Shown here in pieces: positions 49,224 to 58,986 of a stretch of 64,000 nt of DNA; position 1 is the stretch's first letter, and every line of letters begins with the position of its first letter. The position numbers and the translations under genes are program-made. Under the pieces are notes generated by a model. That model had not been told where the DNA came from and ran no database searches. It worked only from the letters and a program-made list of their open reading frames with translations. Source of the DNA: a virus (lineage: Duplodnaviria; Caudoviricetes); the IMG/VR virus record IMGVR_UViG_3300036958_000333, positions 160,001-224,000 of that record, one strand, 5' to 3'.

Positions 49224-49491
49224 ATTTCATCCATATGAAAATATTAATATTAATTTTAAATCTAAGTATGTATTTTTATATTATGAAAATACTAAAAAAG
49301 ATAAAATATTTTCCTTTTGCCAATTACTGATAAATAAATATAAAAATTTTGGAATTATATATACAAACAGGGGAATATTAATTAATTTAGAAAAAGTTAA
49401 TATTAATAAATTAAATATTAATGATTATGATAATATTATTAATAATGGAATTATTGCTATAAAAAACGAATTAATAGAATATATTTATTAA
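49198..49491 (+). CDS. Hypothetical protein
   Basis: 97 aa ORF in operon. Confidence 0.45.
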   Translation: MKEEEQKIEFHPYENININFKSKYVFLYYENTKKDKIFSFCQLLINKYKNFGIIYTNRGILINLEKVNINKLNINDYDNIINNGIIAIKNELIEYIY

Positions 49492-49995
49492 ATGTTAATA
49501 ATTTCATATAAAAAACAAGATGAAAAATTAAACATATATGATCATAAAAACACTTTATATATAATTAATAAAAAAGATATAGAAATTAACAAATTAATAG
49601 GAAAATTTGTAGAAATAATAAACGAAAATATAGAAAAAGAAATTATAAATATAATAACTAAATATTATAAAAAATTTAATTATATTTTGTTAATTAATAA
49701 CAATATAATAAATTTTAGTCATATATTTGATTTAATAAATAAATTAAAAGAACCATGGTTAATATGTGGAAATATTATTAAAGAAAAATATTATAATGAC
49801 AAATTTATACCAGAACACTTTAATATTAATTGTTTATTAATAAATTGTAATAAAATAAATATAAGCGAAATAAAAGAACAAATAATAAAAGATATAAATT
49901 TTCCTATTTTTTCAAAAATAATATATTCGAATAGAAAAAAATGTATTGATAAAAACATAATGAAAATAAATAAAAACAATTTAATAATAATTTAG
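49492..49995 (+). CDS. Hypothetical protein
   Basis: 167 aa ORF in operon. Confidence 0.45.
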   Translation: MLIISYKKQDEKLNIYDHKNTLYIINKKDIEINKLIGKFVEIINENIEKEIINIITKYYKKFNYILLINNNIINFSHIFDLINKLKEPWLICGNIIKEKYYNDKFIPEHFNINCLLINCNKINISEIKEQIIKDINFPIFSKIIYSNRKKCIDKNIMKINKNNLIII

Positions 49996-50003
49996 GAGAT
50001 AAT

Positions 50004-50579
50004 ATGAAAATAAAAAATATTAATGAAATTGTACCTACAATTTCTTTATTAAATGAAGAAGAAAAACAAAACGCAAAAAAAGAATGGTATACTATTTTAC
50101 ATGAAATGTTTGATTGGCAAAGAATGTTTGGAGATTATTGTTTTAAAAAAAATAATATAAAAGACAATGACGGAAATATATTAGAATTTAATACAATATT
50201 TAAAGAATTTCAAGAAAAAAAATTCGGACCAAATGATCTCCCAAACGAATGGATAAAAAAATTTCACGAATGTATGGTAAAAGAATTAGAAGAAATAGAA
50301 GAATTATTACCATGGAAACATTGGTCTAAAGAATCTATTGGAGAAAAAACATATAAAGATTTAACAAAAGACGAAAGACTAGGAATGTTAAAAATAGAAC
50401 TTGTTGATATATGGCATTTTTTAATGAGCGCTATGATGTGTGTTGGAATGGGACCAAAAGAATTACATGAATTGTATATTTCTAAAAATAAAGTTAATTT
50501 TGAAAGACAACAAAAAGAATATAATACAGCTAATAAAAACGAAGATGATAATATAAATATAACAAAAAAAATTAACTAA
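50004..50579 (+). CDS. Dimeric all-alpha dUTPase/dNTP pyrophosphatase
   Basis: ELEEI...PWKHW, ELVDIWHFLMS, YISKNKVNFERQ. Confidence 0.9.
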   Translation: MKIKNINEIVPTISLLNEEEKQNAKKEWYTILHEMFDWQRMFGDYCFKKNNIKDNDGNILEFNTIFKEFQEKKFGPNDLPNEWIKKFHECMVKELEEIEELLPWKHWSKESIGEKTYKDLTKDERLGMLKIELVDIWHFLMSAMMCVGMGPKELHELYISKNKVNFERQQKEYNTANKNEDDNINITKKIN

Positions 50580-51373
50580 ATTTTATAAAATTTATTATTT
50601 GAATATTCCATAAGTTGAAGTATTTTATTTGTTTTTTTCATATTAATCTCGTCTCTCCATATTCGTAATCTTGTATATTTTTTCAACAAATCTGAATAGA
50701 TTTTAATAAAATCTTTATTAATAAAATGATCTATTATATGTACTGAAAATTCATTACCAGAATTATAAATCATTTCTATTCCATCTAGAAATTCATGCAT
50801 ATTAAACATCTTTCCAGTAGGATGACAAGAAACTATAAATTTTATTTTTTTATTTATAATTTTTTTTAAATTATTAATATTATATATTGAAGTAAACAAT
50901 AATATATTTTTAGAATATTCTAAAAGTATATCAATTATTTTATTAATATTTTTATGCAACAAAGGTTCGCCTCCAGCTACTTCTATTATTAAATTAGAAT
51001 TAGGAAAATTAACTTTAAAATCATTAAATAATTTTAAAGTTAATTCTACTGGAATACTTTCTTTCGATAAATTGTTTGGATATTTTACACCACAATATAC
51101 ACAATCATTAAGACAAGTAGTAACTGGATGAAAACTCATTCTTATTATAGAATTATTATATTCACTTGTCTTTTCTGATCTAGTAGTATATGATAAATCA
51201 CAATCTATCTTGCATTCTTTATAATATTTACAACTAAAATCATTGCATAATTTAAAATTATTTTTTATTGAATATATCTCTATATTTTTATGAAAAAACT
51301 TATGGCATCTAAATACTTTCCAATCATCTGTTTTTTCAATAACAAACCAATTATTTCCTGCAGAACAATACAT
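50576..51373 (-). CDS. Radical SAM protein with N-terminal Cys-rich domain
   Basis: CLNDCVYC, AGGEPLLH, SCHP; N-terminal CSAG...FRC...C..C...CD. Confidence 0.8.
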   Translation of the reverse strand: MYCSAGNNWFVIEKTDDWKVFRCHKFFHKNIEIYSIKNNFKLCNDFSCKYYKECKIDCDLSYTTRSEKTSEYNNSIIRMSFHPVTTCLNDCVYCGVKYPNNLSKESIPVELTLKLFNDFKVNFPNSNLIIEVAGGEPLLHKNINKIIDILLEYSKNILLFTSIYNINNLKKIINKKIKFIVSCHPTGKMFNMHEFLDGIEMIYNSGNEFSVHIIDHFINKDFIKIYSDLLKKYTRLRIWRDEINMKKTNKILQLMEYSNNKFYKI

Positions 51374-51376
51374 ATA

Positions 51377-52510
51377 TTAAATTTTTTCAAATTTTTTTTC
51401 AATTTCAACATTATTTGATGATTTATATAAACTATAAATTGTAAAGTTTTTACATCTATGTCCAATACAGTGTTTTTCATAATAAATATTAAAATTATAT
51501 TTTTTTTGAAAAACTTGTTGTTTAATGAATTTTTTAATTTCATCAATATGATCATTATTATCTATATGAATATTAAATGTTTCTAAATCTTCTTGTTGAA
51601 TTATTTGTAAATAATCATGTTTTTTTATTATATCCTTTAATATTATTAATTTATCAGTAAAATCTATTAATTCTCCTTTGTGGTTATATAAACATGTAAT
51701 CATACATGGTTCAAAATTAAATTTTCTATAATAACTTCCACATTCACATAAATGAAATTCGTTTTCTAAAGGATAAATATTATCTGGATTTCCATCTTTT
51801 TCATTCCACCAAGTATTATAAAAATTAAATAAATCTATTATTTTTCTATCTTCTGTACAATAAAACAGATTTTCCATCCAATGCATGTTTCCATATGGAC
51901 AAGTATAAAAAGCAGTACCTTCTTTCCAACTCCTCATTTGATTAACATATGGTATACCTAATTCTTTTAATATATTAAAATCAAAATATTTATTATCTGT
52001 TTCAGTTGTAGATATTACAGACGCTGTATTTTTAATCAAATCTATAAAATTATCATATCTTAAAAGTTCATGTAATGTCATAGGAGTACATATATAACAA
52101 ACATTGTTTAAATAATAAAAATCTTTTAAATTATTATATGGATTAATATAAAAAGCTTTTCCCTCGGATTGTATTTCTTTGTCATTAATATATGAATTGA
52201 TATTATATATTCTTAAATATAACTTGTTTTGTACATTATAAAATCTATGCATATAATTCCATATCAAATCACATATAATTCTAAAATTTGGACCCCATTT
52301 ATACATAACATGAGAACATTTAGTTGATCCATTAGATTTTAATTTTACATAATTACAAAAGTTATTTTTTAATTTTTTATATATTTTTTCTAGATCATAT
52401 AAGTGTTTATATGAAATTTTATTTTCTTGAATAAAATATCCTAAATTTTTTATACTATCTATTGGATTATTTATATATTCTTCATATTTTTTTATATATT
52501 CGTTATACAT
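51377..52510 (-). CDS. Phenylacetate-CoA ligase/CapK-like adenylating protein (divergent)
   Basis: SNGST P-loop-like, ISTTE, FYTCPYGNMH, CECG, QIIQ. Confidence 0.5.
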   Translation of the reverse strand: MYNEYIKKYEEYINNPIDSIKNLGYFIQENKISYKHLYDLEKIYKKLKNNFCNYVKLKSNGSTKCSHVMYKWGPNFRIICDLIWNYMHRFYNVQNKLYLRIYNINSYINDKEIQSEGKAFYINPYNNLKDFYYLNNVCYICTPMTLHELLRYDNFIDLIKNTASVISTTETDNKYFDFNILKELGIPYVNQMRSWKEGTAFYTCPYGNMHWMENLFYCTEDRKIIDLFNFYNTWWNEKDGNPDNIYPLENEFHLCECGSYYRKFNFEPCMITCLYNHKGELIDFTDKLIILKDIIKKHDYLQIIQQEDLETFNIHIDNNDHIDEIKKFIKQQVFQKKYNFNIYYEKHCIGHRCKNFTIYSLYKSSNNVEIEKKFEKI

Positions 52511-52528
52511 ATATTTAAAATTTTTATT

Positions 52529-53329
52529 TTATGTTTTTGTGTTATAAAATAAATCATAATATTTTTCTTTATATTTATATAAATCTAAACTAGTAACATG
52601 TAAAAAATCAAATTTTTTAAAATATTTGATATTATCAGTATTAAATGTTTTATTAGTACATACATCTAAAATAATTCCAGTATTTATATTTAATCTAGTA
52701 TAAGTAAGATTAAATATATTATTATATAATAAATTATATAAATTAGTTATCCTATATTTTAATAATAAATAAGCCATTAATATTTCATCATTTCCTTGAT
52801 ATATAGGAAAATTATTAATACATTTATAATATTTTTTTGCTTCATTTAATAAATTATAAATAGTTTGATTATTTTTAATTTCTTTTTTTAATATTTTTAT
52901 AAAAAAATCAAAATATTTTTTTGAAAATAAAATTAAAAAAAATTTAATATAACTATAATAATCTTTTTTAAAATTATTTATATCAAAAACGGAAAACATG
53001 AATTTATCTTTTATATTGTAATTTCTATTTTTATTTAAATTATTTTTTAGTTTTAATATTTTATTTTCAAAATCTAAACGATTTATATTTAATATTGTAT
53101 CAATATCTAATATAAAATAATAATCATATTTATTTAATAAATTATTGTTTATTGAAAATATAGTATAAAATCTTTCTATATAAGTATCATTTATGTTTTC
53201 AATTTTATTTTCTAATAATATACAATCATATCCATTGTTTTTACAATGAAATTCTTGCATTTTATATGCATCATAATAACTATTATATAATTTATTTTTA
53301 CATATTGAAAATATACACAATACAGACAT
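52529..53329 (-). CDS. Putative GT-A glycosyltransferase, paralog of 56790..57599
   Basis: YC..NGYD-like start, YDYYFILDID (DxD), DE motif, late His. Confidence 0.55.
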   Translation of the reverse strand: MSVLCIFSICKNKLYNSYYDAYKMQEFHCKNNGYDCILLENKIENINDTYIERFYTIFSINNNLLNKYDYYFILDIDTILNINRLDFENKILKLKNNLNKNRNYNIKDKFMFSVFDINNFKKDYYSYIKFFLILFSKKYFDFFIKILKKEIKNNQTIYNLLNEAKKYYKCINNFPIYQGNDEILMAYLLLKYRITNLYNLLYNNIFNLTYTRLNINTGIILDVCTNKTFNTDNIKYFKKFDFLHVTSLDLYKYKEKYYDLFYNTKT

Positions 53330-53349
53330 AAATATTATATATTATTTAA

Positions 53350-53745
53350 ATAAGAGTTGTTGTTAATAATTATTAATTATACTGATTTAAAAGCTATTGA
53401 TATATCATAATAATTTTCATCTTCATAACAAGAATAATTCCAACAACAAGAAATAAATTTAATATCTTTATTTAATACTTCTTTTAATGAAGATTTCAAC
53501 TTAATAACATAATCACTATCATTTGCAATATATTCTGGCAATTCGTCTTCTGTTATTGTAAAATGAATATCTATTTCACTTTTTTGAATATTTTTTGATG
53601 TTAAAAATTGAGACCCAGAAATTTTTAAATTCGTTAGATTTTTTGAAAACGCAGAATTTAAAAAATTTTTAATACTATCTACGAGTTTTTCATTTTTCAT
53701 ATTTTACCTCCAGCCTGAAAAATTGGCATTAACAACAACTCTTAT
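53350..53745. repeat. 18-bp perfect inverted repeat enclosing one gene
   Basis: ATAAGAGTTGTTGTTAAT at 53350-53367 and ATTAACAACAACTCTTAT at 53728-53745. Confidence 0.85.
53377..53700 (-). CDS. Hypothetical protein inside the inverted repeat
   Basis: 107 aa, GGAGGT RBS. Confidence 0.7.
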   Translation of the reverse strand: MKNEKLVDSIKNFLNSAFSKNLTNLKISGSQFLTSKNIQKSEIDIHFTITEDELPEYIANDSDYVIKLKSSLKEVLNKDIKFISCCWNYSCYEDENYYDISIAFKSV

Positions 53746-53763
53746 AATAAATAAGAAATATTA

Positions 53764-54099
53764 TTAGTCTTTTTTTATAATATTTATAAAATTTTCATCA
53801 TTTAATAATTCACATGGATTGTCTGGCAATTTTCTATAATATAAATAATATACATATTCATATATTTTTATACATGTATCAGGATCTGCTAAATGTAATA
53901 ATTTATGATGATTTGAACATAACATTACTATATTTATAGAACTATCTTTTCCTCCAAGACATATTGGATTAACATGATGATATTCTTTTTTTTCTTGAGA
54001 ATCACAACAAACACACTTTCCTTTTTGTCTTTGTTTAATAAACTCTTTTAATTGTTTGTTTAATTTATTTCTTTTCTTTATTTCCATAATATTTGTCAA
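53764..54099 (-). CDS. HNH endonuclease
   Basis: CVCC...EYHHVNP...GG....N...LCSNHH...H. Confidence 0.85.
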   Translation of the reverse strand: MTNIMEIKKRNKLNKQLKEFIKQRQKGKCVCCDSQEKKEYHHVNPICLGGKDSSINIVMLCSNHHKLLHLADPDTCIKIYEYVYYLYYRKLPDNPCELLNDENFINIIKKD

Positions 54100-54781
54100 A
54101 TATACTTATTATTTTATTAGAAATATCATCATGATTATCTAGTATTTTATCATTTGGCATAAGTTCTAATACTTTTTTTATTTTATATGGAGGGATTTCT
54201 TTATACCATACTCTTCTTTTTAATACATAAATATAAAAATATAAATAAGAATTTGCACCTCTAATATATTTATCTATTTTTATTGGAAGATCAAAGTCTT
54301 TAATCATTTTAACGGTTCTTTTTTCACAATCTCTTTCGCATTCTAATGTTCTTTTAACATATTCTTTTATTTTATTTTTTGAAAACTCTTTTCCCGTTAT
54401 CCAATCATCCATCAGGGAACTAACATCTACTTTTTTTCCTTTTACATTATCATATAATATATTCCAATACTTTGATTTTTCAACCCATTGTCTATAATGA
54501 CAAAATTCATGAACAAAAATAGGAAACCATTCGTCTATATCATTACCAATTGCACATATAAATTCGGGATAATTATTATAAGAAAAATAACCTATTGATT
54601 TCTCATTATCTTTATAATGAATAAACTTTTTATCTAAAAAACGTATTTTAACATTATTATCAGACATTTCCTTTATAGCATATTTTATGAATTTATCTAT
54701 TTTATTATTATTTTTATATATTGATTTATATACAAAAAGATTATTATTAGATTCATTTATATATTCACTAAATTTCTTCAT
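54065..54781 (-). CDS. Putative zinc metallopeptidase with capsid-targeting-like N-terminus
   Basis: FVHEFCHYRQW (HExxH), downstream ERDCE; starts MKKFSEYINE. Confidence 0.6.
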   Translation of the reverse strand: MKKFSEYINESNNNLFVYKSIYKNNNKIDKFIKYAIKEMSDNNVKIRFLDKKFIHYKDNEKSIGYFSYNNYPEFICAIGNDIDEWFPIFVHEFCHYRQWVEKSKYWNILYDNVKGKKVDVSSLMDDWITGKEFSKNKIKEYVKRTLECERDCEKRTVKMIKDFDLPIKIDKYIRGANSYLYFYIYVLKRRVWYKEIPPYKIKKVLELMPNDKILDNHDDISNKIISIFDKYYGNKEKK

Positions 54782-54820
54782 ATATATTTTTTATTATATA
54801 TTAAAAAATATACAATTAAT

Positions 54821-55801
54821 TTATTTTAATTTATTTACTTGTTTTTCAATCCAAGGATATGTCTTTTTTATACCATCTTCTAGATTATATTTAGCTTTCC
54901 ATCCTAACGAATATATCTTTTCATTGCTAAAATTTCTAGATTCTACACCAACAGGTCCATCAATGTAATTTATATTAATCTTCTTTTTAGCCACTTTTGC
55001 TACAACATTAACTAAATCATTAACAGATGAATATTCTGGAGATCCTATATTAACAGGGACAGAAATATCAGAATCTACTAATAAAATAATACCGTCAATT
55101 AAATCATCAATATAAGTATAACTACGAACAGCTTGTCCTAAGCTGTTTGGATTACTCCATATATCTATAGTTCCTCCATCTTCTACTTCTGCAACTTTCC
55201 TACATATTGCTGCTGGAGCTTTTTCTTTTTTATTATTCCAAGCTCCATATGGACCATAGGTATTCTGAAATCTAGCTATTCTAGGATGAAAACCATACTT
55301 TCTAGCATAATTTAATATTAAACGTTCAGCATATAATTTTTCCCATCCATATTCATTTTCAGGAATTGCCGGATAAGAATCTTCTTCCTTTAATTCAGGT
55401 TCACCTATTTTCATATCTCTATAAACACAAACAAATGAAGAAAAGAAATATTTTGGAATACCCAGTTTAGATATAGAATTAATTATATTAACATTAATTA
55501 ATGTATTATCATAAACAATTTCTTGTTCTTTATTAAAAATCCAACCCATTCCCCCCATGTTTGCTGCAAAATTAAAACATATATCACATGGTTTTCCATT
55601 TATCAATAATGAATCATAACAATTTTCTGAAAATCTTAAATCTAGTATTTTAAACTCATCAACTGGTATATTTCTAAATTCATGATATTTAATATCTACT
55701 CCTCTCACAAAGTATCCTAATTCTTTTAATTTATAACAAATATGTCCTCCAATAAATCCTCCTGCTCCACAAACAACTGCTTTTTTCATTAATTCCTCCA
55801 T
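54821..55801 (-). CDS. NAD-dependent epimerase, GDP-mannose 3,5-epimerase-like
   Basis: GAGGFIG, AANMGGMG, YGWEKLYAE, RFQNTYGP, EKAPAAICRK, GPVGVESRN. Confidence 0.9.
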   Translation of the reverse strand: MEELMKKAVVCGAGGFIGGHICYKLKELGYFVRGVDIKYHEFRNIPVDEFKILDLRFSENCYDSLLINGKPCDICFNFAANMGGMGWIFNKEQEIVYDNTLINVNIINSISKLGIPKYFFSSFVCVYRDMKIGEPELKEEDSYPAIPENEYGWEKLYAERLILNYARKYGFHPRIARFQNTYGPYGAWNNKKEKAPAAICRKVAEVEDGGTIDIWSNPNSLGQAVRSYTYIDDLIDGIILLVDSDISVPVNIGSPEYSSVNDLVNVVAKVAKKKININYIDGPVGVESRNFSNEKIYSLGWKAKYNLEDGIKKTYPWIEKQVNKLK

Positions 55802-55804
55802 AAT

Positions 55805-56752
55805 TTATATATTTAAATAAGTTTCTATCTTATTTATTAAATTTCCTACATTTATATTTTTAAAACAATATGGTATATCATAATTTTTTCTATGACAATT
55901 GGATAATATCCTACACGGACAAGATTTTATTATATTTTTATATTTTATTTGATCATCATCTTTTAATTGTATTATTTTCATAGAATTTTGTTTAGTTATT
56001 ATTCTTGGAATAGTTGGTCCAAAAATTCCAACAACATTATTATTTTTGAAAGCACTAGCTATATTTAAATATATATTATCTGTACAAATTATATATTTTG
56101 AATTACTCATAATATCAAATATTTCATTTAAATTTAAAAAATATTTTAATATTTTTTTAGCCCAATAATCATTAGAATAATCAAAAAATGGTATTGCTAA
56201 TATTTTAATATCAAAACCTTTAATAATAAAATGATCATATATTTTTTTTTCTATTTCTTCTGGCAAAGCTGTTTTTTTATAACCGTTACAACAAATTATC
56301 ATTGATTTATTATTTAAATTATTATATAACATAGATATGTTTAAAGGATACTCTATTCCAATTTCTTTTGATAGTTCTATATGATTTGTATAAATAGAAT
56401 CATAACTTATTATTTTATAAACATGAAGTGGTTTTGAGTTTTTATGAAGATTATAATATTTAATAGGTTCTAAAATCCAATTTTTTAAATTTTCACTACA
56501 AGATATGAATATATCTAAATCTATATTATTATTTTTACAATGATTATATAAAGCAAGAGATAAAAGTAATGTTTGTATAAATATAATTAAATCAAAACCT
56601 TCATATTTAAAAACTATTTTTTTATTTTCAGATATATATATAGGCAAAGGATAATTATTAATTGTTTCCTTTTTTCTAATATTTAACTTATTTAATTTTA
56701 TCATTATTAAAAAATAAGAAAATTTCAATAAATATTTTATATAATAAAACAA
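55805..56752 (-). CDS. GT9-like glycosyltransferase (divergent)
   Basis: IICTDN...IASAF...VVGIFGPT and Cys-rich C-terminus as in 76..1041; start uncertain. Confidence 0.6.
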   Translation of the reverse strand: MFYYIKYLLKFSYFLIMIKLNKLNIRKKETINNYPLPIYISENKKIVFKYEGFDLIIFIQTLLLSLALYNHCKNNNIDLDIFISCSENLKNWILEPIKYYNLHKNSKPLHVYKIISYDSIYTNHIELSKEIGIEYPLNISMLYNNLNNKSMIICCNGYKKTALPEEIEKKIYDHFIIKGFDIKILAIPFFDYSNDYWAKKILKYFLNLNEIFDIMSNSKYIICTDNIYLNIASAFKNNNVVGIFGPTIPRIITKQNSMKIIQLKDDDQIKYKNIIKSCPCRILSNCHRKNYDIPYCFKNINVGNLINKIETYLNI

Positions 56753-56789
56753 ATAAATTGAATATTATTCATAATAATTTTAATTATTT

Positions 56790-57599
56790 TTACATTTTTT
56801 TAAAAAAGTTTTTTCTTTTATTTTTTCTTTTATTTAATAATTTATTGAAATCATATGTATAATATTTTTCTTTATTTTTACTAATTTCTAAAAATGCAAT
56901 ATGAATAATATCTGTTACAGGAGGTATTTTATTAAAATCTTCAGTAAAAGTTTTATCTGAAATATTTAAAAAACATGATTTAAAAATATTATTAGTATCA
57001 AAACTAAATATGTTTAACGTTTTATATTTTATTAAATGATATGCCATTAATTTTTCATCTTCACAAGACCATTTTGCTATTCTATCAATAAATTCATAAT
57101 ATTTGTTTGCTCTATCTAAGGAGATCATAATATCTGATTTGTTTTTCAATTCATTTTTTAATTGTTTTATAAAAAATTTAAAATATTTCTGCGAAAAACA
57201 TATATGACAAAATCTAATATAACTTCCTTCATTATTTTTTAAATCAATTATACTAAAATAAGATAATACAAATTTATCTTTTATATTATAGTTTTTATTT
57301 TCATTTAAATAATTTTTTAATTTTAATACTTTTTTTTTATATTCAGTACAATTAATATTTAATATAATATCAATATCTAAAATAACATAATAATCATATT
57401 TATCTAGTAAATTATCATTTATAGAAAGTAAAGTACAAAACCTTTCAATCCAAACATTATTTATACCTTTAATATTGTTTTCTAACAATATACAGTCATA
57501 TCCTTTTTGTTTACATATATTTTCTTGTATTTTATATGCGCTGTAATAATCATTATAAAATTCATTCTTGCATATTGAAAATATACATAAAATTGACAT
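56790..57599 (-). CDS. Putative GT-A glycosyltransferase, paralog of 52529..53329
   Basis: Start reset to MSILCIFSICK by homology with MSVLCIFSICK; YDYYVILDID. Confidence 0.55.
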   Translation of the reverse strand: MSILCIFSICKNEFYNDYYSAYKIQENICKQKGYDCILLENNIKGINNVWIERFCTLLSINDNLLDKYDYYVILDIDIILNINCTEYKKKVLKLKNYLNENKNYNIKDKFVLSYFSIIDLKNNEGSYIRFCHICFSQKYFKFFIKQLKNELKNKSDIMISLDRANKYYEFIDRIAKWSCEDEKLMAYHLIKYKTLNIFSFDTNNIFKSCFLNISDKTFTEDFNKIPPVTDIIHIAFLEISKNKEKYYTYDFNKLLNKRKNKRKNFFKKM

Positions 57600-57609
57600 A
57601 TATATATAT

Positions 57610-58647
57610 ATGTATAATTTTTTAAACTTAAATTTTAATGAATATAAAGACAAAATTGCCTTGGTTTATAGTTCTTTTTATATTTTTCCAGAAAATGTTG
57701 TATTAAATGAAGTTAATAATTTAGATAGACAAATAGAAATATGTAGAAATATAGAGTACAAAGAGAATTGGAAAGGTAGAGGAATAGTTATATCTTGTGG
57801 AAAAGATCATTACTATTTATTATATATTCAATTAAATATATTAAGAGATTTAAATATTAATTTACCTATAGAAATATGGAATTATCCAGATGAAATAGAT
57901 AACAATATAAGAAACAAGTTCTTGTCATATTTTAATTCGTTAGATATAGAATTTAGAGAATGTTTAGATACAAAATTTATTTGTCATAGATTTAGAGGAT
58001 GGATGATTAAAAATTATGCAATGTTTCATAGCAAATTTGAAGAAGTTATACAACTAGATGTTGATAGTTTTCCTCTTGTTAATCCAGAAAACCTATTCGA
58101 ATTAGAAGAATATAAAAAATATAAATGCATATTTTGGAATGATAGTAAACTATATAGTTCTAATAACAATATAATTATATGGTTAAATTTTAATAAAAAA
58201 AGCCAAATATGGAAATTTTCAAATGTTGAATATAATGATAATTTTCCAACATTAGAAGTCGGACAAGTCTACATAAATAAAAAATATCATTATTTACCAA
58301 TGTTATTGTCTTTGTACATAATAGAAAGATCCGACTTCTATTTTCATATATTTTACGGTGATAAAGATGTTTTTAATATCATATTTCATAGAATCAATAT
58401 TCCATTCGAATACTTAAATATATATCTTATTAATAATAATATTGGATTTTTAATATGCAAAAAATCATTAAATGAAAAATATTTTATTCATATGTCATTT
58501 GGGAATGCAAAGCTTAATAATATATTAAATATTAAATACAATAATAATTCTTTTTTATCACAAGAATTAAATATTATTTATAATTACTTTAATGAATTTG
58601 ATAATTTTATAAAACAAAAAAGTAATGTTTTTTTTAATAAATTATAA
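57610..58647 (+). CDS. Alpha-mannosyltransferase-like glycosyltransferase (GT71, MNN2-like)
   Basis: GRGIVI, LPIEIW, GWMIK.YA...SKFEEV..LD.D, IFW.D, E.GQ..INK, YGDKD. Confidence 0.8.
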   Translation: MYNFLNLNFNEYKDKIALVYSSFYIFPENVVLNEVNNLDRQIEICRNIEYKENWKGRGIVISCGKDHYYLLYIQLNILRDLNINLPIEIWNYPDEIDNNIRNKFLSYFNSLDIEFRECLDTKFICHRFRGWMIKNYAMFHSKFEEVIQLDVDSFPLVNPENLFELEEYKKYKCIFWNDSKLYSSNNNIIIWLNFNKKSQIWKFSNVEYNDNFPTLEVGQVYINKKYHYLPMLLSLYIIERSDFYFHIFYGDKDVFNIIFHRINIPFEYLNIYLINNNIGFLICKKSLNEKYFIHMSFGNAKLNNILNIKYNNNSFLSQELNIIYNYFNEFDNFIKQKSNVFFNKL

Positions 58648-58821
58648 AATTATTTAATTTCATTTTTTAAAATTATTATGTGGTTATATAAATATAAATA
58701 TAATTAAATCAATATTCTATATTTAAAATTTTTTACAAAAAATAATAATTAATTTTTATATATCTTACTTATTTATATTATAAAAAAATAAATTTATACT
58801 TTAATAAATATTTTATATAAA

Positions 58822-58986
58822 ATGAATGAATTAAATAAATTTAATTTACTAATAGATAATTTTGATATCGAATTAAAGGAATATAAAATAGAAGAAAAAA
58901 TATTAATTATTGAAATTTTATTTTTATTATTAAATCAGACAGAATTTACGGAATTTTTATTTAAAGAAGAAAACAATATTGCGTAA
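58822..58986 (+). CDS. 54-aa hypothetical protein (not in ORF track)
   Basis: MNELNKFNLL...EENNIA, overlaps start of amidoligase gene. Confidence 0.35.
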   Translation: MNELNKFNLLIDNFDIELKEYKIEEKILIIEILFLLLNQTEFTEFLFKEENNIA

